A DNA stretch of 64,000 nt from Phaeosaccion multiseriatum. Taxonomy: Eukaryota > Protista > Ochrophyta, other classes. The DNA lies in NCBI GenBank assembly GCA_965112735.1, contig OZ218955.1:248001-312000 (forward strand), read 5' to 3'. The position numbers were made by a program, and so were the translations under genes. The notes below the pieces were generated by a model. It saw only the letters and a list, made by a program, of their open reading frames with translations, was not told the DNA's origin and did not search any database. Below, piece after piece: positions 45,520 to 55,683 of the stretch (position 1 is its first letter; the number at the start of each line of letters is the position of its first letter).

Positions 45520-48500
45520 TTATGCATCGAAGAGCTTCCGTCGCCCAAAGCCCTGCTCGCCCCCCCCCCCACTCCGGATATCCCCCCCCTCCACCCTGTG
45601 TCCCCCCGCCCCGCCCTCCCCCCCCTCTCGAATCTTGGGCAGCAACACCAGCATAGCCGTAATATTGTCTGTGGACCCCTTGGATAGCGCCATTCTCTTG
45701 AGTGTGTCACACGCCGCCACTACATCCGCCGCCGTCGCCATCTGCAAAGCCTCCTCGGTGCCCCCCAAACACGCAAAGATGAGCTCTCCTGCCTCCACAC
45801 AGGACATTACATCCCACACCCCGTCGCAGGCAAGCAGCAAGAGTTGGCAAGAGGTCGTGGATCGTTCCGCGTAGCAGATTTCCGGGTCGACAGTCACCAC
45901 CTGCAGGTGCACAGGCAGGTCCGCGCGCTGCTTGTAGTAGAAATCCCCAAACGCTCGACTCGGAACCACACTCTGGGACACCGCGTCGGGATGGTACAAG
46001 ATGCGATGCACAATGGACCCGTCGTCGCACTCTCGCGGCTTCACGCCCCCGCCTGCCGCCACCACCCTGGCTAACTCCTTCGGGACCTTGGCCGTGTGGT
46101 CATACGTCATTTCGCGCACCTCCAGATCCACCCTTGGCGACGACGACCCTGACTCTGGCGACGACCCTAGCGAATAACCAACCGCTGCTGCTGCTGCTGC
46201 TTCTGCTGCCTCTGCCTCTGCCCCGCCTGGAGAGGCCGAGGCCCGGGGTCGGGGCGTGTAGAGAGCGACGCGTGAGTCTCCCACCCAGGCCACCACCACC
46301 TTATCAGCGGTCACCACGGCCACCACGCCCGTGCTGCCGCTGCTGTCCACTGCCTTAAAGTGCTTCTGGCTCTGGTCCTTGCCGATACGGATTACATCCA
46401 TGCGTCGCTCGCGCTTGAGCTGCTCGTCAATATCGATAAACGCCTCTGCTAGGGCCTGTCCAATGAGCGCCACACTGCCCTGCTCGTACACGGCCTCCTT
46501 CCAAGCGGGCCGGGCGACGAGGGTGGGGATGAGCGTGTCTGACACAAAGTGAGACACGTACTTGCCTCCGTGTCCGTCAAACACGCCGAATATGCCCGTA
46601 TCCGGTCGCATCTCATCCAGCGGGGACTGCGTGCATACGGTGTCTTCCATCTCCACCCTCCACCCCGGCGCGTCAGCGAAACCATGGGTCAAAGCGTCTA
46701 CCCCCTCCGCGCCATTGCTCTCCGGCCTCTGCTCCGGACACAGGGCGCTATCCCCCACCGCATATAGGAGCTGATCAACCTCCGGATTCCGCTTCCCCTT
46801 GACGCTCCAGGCAACCGGTGTCCTCCCCGCCAGGTCCAAGGGTGCGTGCTGCCCCATGATTGAGCCCACTCCTCCCCTCCCTTCCTGCTCCTCCTCCATC
46901 CGCCCCTTTAGGTAAAATACGGTCTCTGCGTGCCCCTCGGTGGCGGCGACGGCCAATGGCGTTCGCCCCTGCAGATCTACGCACCACACACTCACCCCTG
47001 GCTGCTCTGCGATGAGCTCTACCATCTCTACACAGCCTACATGGGCGGCCACGTGCAGGGGAGTCCAGCCGTCCGTCGGGGGCTGAACCTGAGACACAAA
47101 TCTGCGCGTGGGCAAGCGCGTGGGAGGAGGATGGCAGTGGATGGGGAGGAGGGGGGAGAGGCAGTCAGTTGCGGGGGAGTAGGAAGGAAGGAAGGAAGCA
47201 AGGACGAAGGCGGAAGGAAAGGGGAGCATAGCGTCACACCGTGGCCTCACGGAACTCTAATTCAAATTCTAATTCTACCCCCGTTTGGCTTAGACCGCAC
47301 CAAACACACGTGAGTGAATGAAAGAGCAAAAGGGTGCTACGTAATGATCAATGTTCATGTTCATAACATCGATATTCACATGTATGCAACGAACAGAACC
47401 GATACACACAAAACAGACAGGAGTGCGAGCAAGCAGCAGCACGAAAGAACACGAGCGAGCCTAACAAAGTAGTCAGTCAGTACAACTGCGAGCCTAACAA
47501 AGTAGTCAGTCAGTACAACTGCGAGCCTAACAAAGTAGTCAGTCAGTACAACTGCGAGCCTAACAAAGTAGTCAGTCAGTACAACTGCGAGCCTTACAAA
47601 GTAGTCAGTACAGTCAGTACAGTCAGTACAGTCAGTACAGTCAGTACAACCAAACACACACACGCCTTGAGCAGAGCGGCACGCACGCACGCACGCACGC
47701 ACTTCCTTACTGGCTTACTGACCTGCAGGTGGCCAGGCTAGGGTTTGCGGTCATGTCTTGCTGCACCTTCTCCAGCAGCTCTCTCTTCCAGGCATCCACA
47801 GTCAGCCCCTTGCGCCGCATCACGGCCTGCACGCACACACACACAAACACACACACACAAACACACACACACACACACACACAATGTGCACCGGGGTGGG
47901 GGGAGGAGGGCAGGGGGATTAATATAATATATATATATATATCGGGTCAGTGTTAAAGCAAAGCACCGCAAAGAGGAGAAAAGCGCCATAGAGAGTAACG
48001 CCTCTAATCCACCGTAGAGGGGAGGGGTTGTAGCGTACCTTCTCTCTCTCTCTCTCTCCTCCCTCCTCCCCCTCTCCCCCTTCCCTCGTCCAACCGACCC
48101 CCCCCCCCCTCCCCCCTCCCGCCGCTCCTCCGTGACCCACCGTTGAGGGCTTGTAGAGGTCCTTGAGCACTTCGTCGAAGAAGCGTTTCATGGCGTGCCA
48201 CTCAGAGTTGCTCATGCTCATCGTCTGAGAATGGGATACAGCACGCACGGACACACGCACACACGCATGCACATAGACCAGTCCCGCACGGTAAGACAGG
48301 GACACAGAGAGACAGAGAGAGAAGGGGAGAGACGACGGCACACGCGCGCACACACACAGATGGCGACAGAAACGAAAGTACGCACAGAGAGGGAGAAGCA
48401 GGGATCAGGAGGACATTCAGAAGAGAGCAACATCGTCGAGCACCAGAAAGCATCTCCAGAGTAGAGAGGAAGGGTACACAAAGAGACTTCTCTCCCTTTC

Positions 48501-50227
48501 TCTGCCCCCCCTCCCCCTCTCCTTGTCCCTCCTTCCTGCCCCATACGCCCGCTTCTCTCCTCCCGTACCTTCGCCGACTGTCGGGCCGCCTCTACGATTT
48601 TTGCCTCAATGACTTCCTTGGGCAGCAGCGGAGCCCTCCCCGGCAGTGGGCTGCCATCCGAGATAGACATGCCTCCGAAACGGTCCATCACACTCGACTG
48701 CGGCGTCTGCAGCCGCCCCCCTCCCTGCTGCCGCTGCTGCTGCTGCTGCTGCCGCTGCTCCTGCTCCTCCTGCTGCCTCCGCTGGCTCTCCAAGCGCTCA
48801 CTCGTCCTCTTGCTCGTGGACAGGCGCAGTACACCGGGAGATCTCGTCCTTCCGCCACCGCTTGCTCCCTGATGCCCGCTCTGCTGCTGCAGCAGCTGCT
48901 TCATCTGCTGTCGACTCGGCGGAGGAGAGGAGTAGTTGGGAGCGGGTGGGGTGGTGACGTCTCCCCCGCCGGCCCCTGTGCCTGTGCCTGTCGTGCGCCT
49001 CCCCGCCACAGTGGCTGTCCTGGAGGGACTCAGTGGCGGTGTGGTGTGGTGCCGTGTGTTGATTTGGCCCTGGCGCACTGGCGAGTGGGGCTGACGGCCT
49101 CCGTGTTGTCGAGAGAGGGCGTCCTGTTGGTCCTGCTCGAGCTGCTCATTCTCCCGCATGGATAGGACCACCGGCGAAGGTGTGGGTATCCGAGTCGGTT
49201 CTTCCCCTTCCCCCGCCGCTACTTGGGCCCTGACTGCTGCTACTACTGCCGCCTCCGAGGCCGCTGCCGCCGCTGCCGTTGCCGCCGCTGCTGCTGCTGC
49301 TGCTGCGGCTGCTGGTGACGGGGGCAGTGCGGGGTGTCCGTGTGAAAGGTCGCTTAGGCCGTCCATACCGCCATTCTGATCCTGCATGCCGCCGTTGCTG
49401 TACTCCGCAACCCTCCCACTTCCACTCTGCCCTAATCGGTTCTGGGAGCGAATCATCATATCCTCTAATGTAGAGCGATTGCCGCGGAGCCGGTCTCTAA
49501 GCTCTCCGTAGACCGCCGACTTGGTTCATGGCGAACGACAAGCATCAGAAGCAACAGCAGCAGCAACAAATGGGGGAAAATCCAACCAGCACCAGCGAGA
49601 GAGAGAGGGAGAGGAAAAACAAAGATGATGCAAAGCGAGATAAGAGATATGACGAGTAGCAAGGGGTCGGTTCCACCAGTCTACGTATGACTGACAATAG
49701 ACGGACTGAGAAGGTAGGACACGAAGCTTGCTGAAATACCTTCGGCCGCCTCACCCAAGAGAGGGGGCGGCAGTTTACATATACACCCCCGCCCAGACAA
49801 CCTAAACACTTACGTCATTGGTTTCATAGTCCACCACTCGATGGACCAGCCTCCCTGAAGTCGATCTGCCGTCAATTAACATGCCCCCCCCCTCCGAAGT
49901 CTCGGCTACCCCATTCCCTCGTCCTCCCAACGATCCACCACCACCATTAGGCAAGTGGTGTTGCTTCTCCTCCGCGGCTGCAGCGTCTGCTGCTGCTACT
50001 GCTGCGGCGAGTGGTGATGGCTCAAGCTCGTCTCGTGCGAACTCTCCCTCCTCTCTTACTTCTCCTCCTTCTCGCTGTGCAGCGTCTGTTTCGGCGGCTT
50101 GTGCTTCCTCTGAGGTTGGCGACTTCAAAGGGCTCCCATTACTGACCAGAAGCGAGCTGTGAAACTGGCCCAAGTACTCGTCCGCAAGCGCAGCGTACTG
50201 CGTCATGGCCTCCCTCTCTGAGGACAT
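45520..50227 (-). CDS. Ankyrin-repeat + PP2C (PPM) protein phosphatase with long disordered N-terminus, ~5 exons
   Basis: Ankyrin: GWTPLHVAA, GRTPLAVAA, GRTPVAWS. PP2C: GWRVEMED, FGVFDGHGG, SGST, VGDSR, SRAFGD, LACDGVWDV, GSTDNIT. The 5' exons are less certain. Confidence 0.85.
47456..47648. repeat. 33-bp tandem repeat (~4.5 copies) followed by 9-bp cagtacagt repeat, intronic
   Basis: gcgagcctaacaaagtagtcagtcagtacaact units directly visible. Confidence 0.9.
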
Positions 50228-50763
50228 CGTAGTGGCCTCTTTTTGTTGGTGAATGCCGTCTTTAAATCATTCAGTTTCACTTTCAGTTTCTGCGTACCGC
50301 ACACCCCCACATATAAAATCGATACAACCGATATTGTATGGCCACCTTGCCCCCTTCCTCTCTTTCTTTCCTAGTGTCGTATCCTCCTGAGCAAGCCAGA
50401 GCCGCCTGCGACGAGAAGCCACAAACCAGGTGCCGCCCCCCCGCCAGCAGCCAGCCGAGAGTGTGCACAAACAAGAAAATCCGGGAGGGTACTAGCGCAC
50501 GCGCCCGCACACCAGGAAATCACAGCGCCCCAGCCCCTCCGGTTATTGAGGGGCTCCCCGAGAGGCACCGTCGGCAAGAAGACTTGAGCAAGCTCTGCAC
50601 GCAGCAGCCAGATGCGACGTTTGTAGACCATGATACGTCAATTTGAGTCCCACAGAGTACGATCCGACGAGTTGGGGCTCTGAATCACCTGTGTAGAGAT
50701 CTGAGGAGCCACTGGGCCAGAAGCGAAGAAGCCAGGCTGGGCCTTCGCAGAGAAACCATGAGT

Positions 50764-50934
50764 TCGACCCCTGACGTGCTATGGCCCACATTCTCGATAG
50801 CATGCTATCTGCCGCCGGCGATAGCAGATAGCACACCGGCTGGCGCCGGCGAACGATAGCAGATAGAACGTCGGCTGGCTGGCGCTGATGGCGCCGGCGA
50901 TAGCTAGCAGGTAGCGGATAGCAGAGAGGGTTGA
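50764..50934. mobile_element. MITE copy B (TCGA-ended TIR family, degenerate right TIR)
   Basis: Left TIR tcgacccctgacgtgctat; ATGAGT direct repeats at 50758-50763 and 50935-50940; internal GATAGC/GCCGGC repeats. Confidence 0.75.
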
Positions 50935-51154
50935 ATGAGTGGGGTCGAAGGGAGAGAGAAGAAAGGGTAGAATTTCGAAGGGCCGATTGAAGAGGGAGGG
51001 GGAGAGGGTTTACGGCATTTTCCCGGCATTTTTGCATTCCAAACGGTTTCATGGGCCCCGACCCCCCCGCCCCGTTTTGAATTAAAGAGTTAGCTATGCA
51101 TCCCAAAACACAAGAAAAAGCGCTCCAGCCAGTGGCAACCAGTCCACACCAGCG

Positions 51155-54100
51155 ATGGGGATGGCGTTGTCGTCCTTGCTGGTGCGCGAGGGCCACAGCG
51201 ACTCTGTCAAGCTCGTGATGTGCGAGAAATTTGTGGATGCAGACACGCTTGCCACCTCTGCCGACAGTGGTGGTGATGAGGCTTCTAGTACGCAGGGAGG
51301 GCGCATGATGACAGCAGTGTATTTGGATCAATACGAATCCCTCATACCGTCGCCCCTGCCCCCGCAGCCCAAGATCACGTTGAAGAAAATGGCCCTCGTC
51401 CGGTGAGTCGCTCGCCTTCGGCCGCGCGCTCTTTTGTTGCAGCAGGCCTTCTTACAACCAGAAAAGCTTAGTTCTGATCCACACCCACCACACGAGGCAG
51501 ACACCCCGCCCAGCAGCTATGGCATGGTGGCACCAGTCAAGCAAAGATGAGTTCTTTCTTCCTCTCTCCCCCCTTCTCCATGTCACGTGGCACACCATCC
51601 CTCGCTTTCCCATTGCCGCCTCTTTGTCAATTTGCTTGTCCCACAGGAAAAGCTGGCAAGACATCATGAATGGGACAGCCGCGGGGTATCTCAGGTAGCT
51701 ATCAATTGAACAAATTGTGCACCTGGTGGATGGACAGATGGAGGCCACTGGCGGCTGGCTGGCCTGCTGACTCTGATTGGTCATGTCCCATGATTGTTAT
51801 CCACAGTGGGGTACTACCCCGCGCCGCGCGCGGGGATTAAGTAAAGCTTGCCATGCCATGTTCGTTTGTTCCCGGCCGGTACGAAATCCTTCAGCTCCTG
51901 CTGCTTGACTTGCCGGATGGCTGGAGCGAGCGATCACCCCCTCAAATCACTTCTCCTTTTTGTTGCCCCGACTTGCTGCACTCTCTTCGCATTCTGTCTT
52001 GGTATGGCTGGGCGATTGGACACAGCTATGTTGACAAGTTTAACCTTGGGCAGCAGTCCAAGAAGCTTCACGACCGCCAAAGGCCGGTGAGTTCAGTGAC
52101 GATGTTCTACGACGCCGTCTATACCGAGTACTTTCGGACACACCCGGATGCCAGAGCCTTGTTCAAGGGGTCCATGGTCAAGCAGGTGAGGAGTGAGTCA
52201 GTGAGTGAGTGGGTGAGTGAGGGAGTGGGTGAGTGAGTGGGTGGGTGAGTGAGTGTGGGAGGGGTGATGGTGGGGGAGGTTCCCCCCTCAGGCCTCCCTC
52301 CCCTCAACCTTCTCTTGTATCACCAACAGGGCAAGATGCTCGTCGCCGTGCTGTCGAAGCTCTGCACTCTCGACTTGGCTGTGGACAATAAGGACATCAT
52401 GTCTGCTCTCGAAGGGCTCGCAGACAGGCACGTGCAGTACGGAGTGCTGCCCACTCACTACGGGGGAATGGGTAAGTAGTAGACACCTGGCCCACTCAAG
52501 TGCTGGACTGGACTCGACTTGTTTGATTGACTTGTGACTTGACTAACTGACTTACTTAGGGTCACATGTCAAGAACTAACAAACCATCTTGCTTACTGGA
52601 GTACCCCGTGCTCTGTGGTATACCCTTGTGTGTGATCCACGTACTTGCACTTACTTGCAGGGTTTGCCTTCCTGCACTCCCTGGCACTGTGCGCGGGCGA
52701 CACTTGGGATACGGCCAACGCCGAGGCGTGGCTGGAGGTATGTGTGTGTGCGTGTGCGTGTGCGTGTGCGTGTGTGTGTGGCTGTGTGCGCGCGTATGTT
52801 CGTGTGTGTGTGTGTGTGCGCGCGCGAGTGTGTTTGTGTGTATGTGCGCACGCGTGCGCCAGCGTGTGTGTGTGTGTGTGTGTGCGTGTGCGCGCATTTC
52901 CATCGCTGTCGTCTAGTAAGCTCGCTCCCTGCGTGGCCTTCCTGCTCCTGTTCCTTTCGCTTGACACTTGCTTGACAAACTGCAATTGCTTGACTTGGCG
53001 CAGATATTCAGCTTCGTGTCAATCATCATGATCGTGGGCTCGAGCAGGCGGGTGGAGCTCAACGGAAGGTTAGTAGCTGCAAGCAGAAGAAAGCCGACAT
53101 CAATCTTACGACCGACAAGGAAGACTTCTTCCTACTTAAGCTTCCCTCCGCACCGACCTCGGGTGTTTGCTTGTTTGCATGCGGCAGGGACCGAACTAGA
53201 AGCGGCGTGCTGGAGCACTGGCAGCGACGGTTACAGCTTCAGCAGGCAGCGAACAGAGTCCGCAGGTAAGAGCGAGCACCAAGCAAAAGCCCAATTGCAG
53301 TGAAGCAAGCAACAGTTGAAAGCCAAGCTGAGTAGGGGCACTTTGTGCTTGTCGGATTGTTGGGCTTGGTTGAGGACTGATCACCCCCTCCCTCGAAGCG
53401 CGCACGCACACAAGTTGCTTTTTGGTGCCTTGTCTGTGCTCCAAGCATCTCAATACAGTGGCACCATGGCTGCTGCTGTTGGTACACTGGTGGTGTACTG
53501 ACTGCTGCTGTTGGCTGGTACCGGTCTTTGTATTGTCTTCCTCCTCCTCGCTCGGCGGCACAGGTCTGTGGCCTCAGCCTGTCTGCAGGCCACGAAACCC
53601 AGCAGCATCAGCAGCAACAGCAACAGCAAAAGTAGAAAGAAGAGTGAATGCGGTACAAAGCCAACAAGGGCCGATAAGACGCGTCCTGTAGGGGAGGATG
53701 GTGATGTCGGTGAGTGTATGGCCGTGGAGGAGGGGAGCAACCCGAGCACTGATCCACCGAAAGCTCCCACTGGCAGCCCTTGCCCGTACCACCACCACGA
53801 GCAGAAGGAGGAGTCTACCCCAGCCTCTGTGCTGAACGGCGAAGTAGGAGACAGGAGAGATGATGCAGTAAGGGGAGACGGGGAGAACACGAAGGAGAAG
53901 AATATGGAGGAGGAGGAGCAGGAGCAGCAGGAGGAGGAGGAGGAGGAGGAGGAGGAGGAGGAGGAGGAGGAGGAGGAGTGGGCCCCCTGTCCACTGCTGG
54001 AGGAAGACCGAGTATGGAGCGGCGAAGGTTTCACCGCCAAGAAAGAGGGGGTGTTACAAGGGGAGGTAGAGTCCCGAGGACTCGTGCAAAGACTCGCGGT

Positions 54101-54254
54101 TGCAACCGGTCAAGACCTAGACGGCATCAGCAGGACGCCTAGTAGCTATGGTAGCAAGGGCCCGCGCTCACTCCTGGCGAACCACCCTGAGTCAGTTCGT
54201 GCGAAGATTTCCCGCAGTTTTAGTGGGCGGAAAAGGGTTAGACCCAAGCAGTAG
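51155..54254 (+). CDS. Globin (3/3 fold, TyrB10/GlnE7/HisF8) with N-terminal extension and disordered C-tail, copy 1, ~8 exons
   Basis: LVRKSWQDI (helix A), [16 protein letters not shown] (B10, C2 Pro, CD1 Phe), [30 protein letters not shown]; in-frame GT-AG joins. Confidence 0.88.
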
Positions 54255-54306
54255 CCCACCACAGATCGTTTAAGTGACTTCAAAGGAACCACTCAAGAAA
54301 CTGAAA

Positions 54307-54342
<36 letters not shown>

Positions 54343-54406
54343 AGAAAAAGACGCGCAGTGCTGGCTGGCAGTCTTCATTTGCGTGTGCTCACACCTCTTG
54401 TCATGG

Positions 54407-54589
54407 TCGACCCCTGACGCGCTGCCTATCGCCCACATTCTCGATAGCACGCTATCGCCCCCCCCCGATAGCAGATAGCGCGCCGGCTGGCGCCGGCGAT
54501 AGCGGATAGCACGCCCCCACAACCCTCCCCCCTCCCAAAGCCGGCTGACGCTGGCGATAACGGATAGCGGATAGCGCGTCAGGGGTCGA
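54407..54589. mobile_element. MITE copy A, 183 bp, perfect 17-bp TIRs, 6-bp TSD TCATGG
   Basis: tcgacccctgacgcgct ... agcgcgtcaggggtcga; TCATGG at 54401-54406 and 54590-54595; empty paralogous site near 58702. Confidence 0.9.
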
Positions 54590-54976
54590 TCATGGGGTAG
54601 GAAGTTGTCTGTTGTTGCTTAGGTCTCATATTAGCTACACTATCGATAGTCTAGCAAATTGAAACTCTTTCCCCTTACGTAAGGGCCAGGGGGGGGGGGG
54701 GGGCCGCGCCCCCCCCCCCCCCCAAACCCCTCCAGCGCCGAGTTGAGTCGTTTTTGTTGCGCGTCCCAGGTAGGGATGGGCAAGGGGAAATAACACCCTC
54801 TTCTAACGTTTGTAGACCATGACACGTCAATTTGAGCCCCACAGAATACGATCCGACGAGTTGGGGCTCTGAATCACAACTGTTTTGGTGGGAATGGGGT
54901 GTAGAGAACTGAGGACTGGGCCAGAAGCAAAGAAGCCAGGCTGGGCCTTCGCACAGAAGCGAGAGAAACCATGAGT

Positions 54977-55191
54977 TCGACCCCCGCCCTGACGTGCTGT
55001 CGCCCACATTCTCGATAGCATGCTATCTGCCGCCGCCGGTAGCAGATAGCTAGCACACCGGCTGGCGCCGGCGATGAAATAACAGATAGCACGTCGGCTG
55101 GCTGGCGCCGGCGATAGCAGATAGCATGCTATCGGGCGCCGGCTGGCGCCGGCGATCTCTAGCAGATAGCGGATAGCACATCAGGGATCGA
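54977..55191. mobile_element. MITE copy C (duplicated paralog of copy B)
   Basis: tcgacccc..ctgacgtgct ... agcacatcagggatcga; ATGAGT at 54971-54976 and 55192-55197. Confidence 0.8.
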
Positions 55192-55683
55192 ATGAGTGGG
55201 GTCGAAGGGAGAGGGCCGGGCCCAGAGAAGAAAGGGTAGAATTTCGAAGGGCCGATTGCAGAGGGAGGGGGAGAGGGAGAGGAAAGGAGGGGGCAAGGGA
55301 AAGAGGGGAGAGAGAGAGAGGGAGAGAGAGGGACGGGGGGGGGGGGGGAAGAGGCATGACTTACTTCAGTTTCAGTTTCAGTTTCATCCCGAGCACCTCC
55401 GCCCAGCTGGTGTCCTGTGGTTTTCCCCCGACCCAGTCGATGCTCGGCTATCCCCCCCCCCCCCCGATGGAATGTAGTTCTGACAAAAGCGGGAGGAAGG
55501 GTTAATAAAGCAAAGTGTGCACCAAATGGCGTTTGGTGCATTCCGACAGTTTCAAGGCCCCGGTTTTCTTTTTTTCTATTCCTCGTTCATCACTCCAGAA
55601 TTTTAAAGAGTTATGCATCCAAGGCAATCTGTCTGTTAAGGCATCCCAGCGCTCCAGCCAGTGGCAACCAGTCCACACCAGCG

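Larger units (their letters stand above)
50617..54646 (+). repeat. Tandem segmental duplication, unit 1
   Basis: Colinear with 54806-58760 from acgtttgtagaccatg to ttagctacactat. Confidence 0.93.

Noticed and set aside
47456-47648. 33-bp repeats as CRISPR or repeat protein
   Set aside because: No spacers; intronic minisatellite.
54402-54594. CATG 4-bp TSD (piggyBac-like) reading of MITE A
   Set aside because: Comparison with copies B/C shows termini TCGA..TCGA and 6-bp TSDs fit all three copies.
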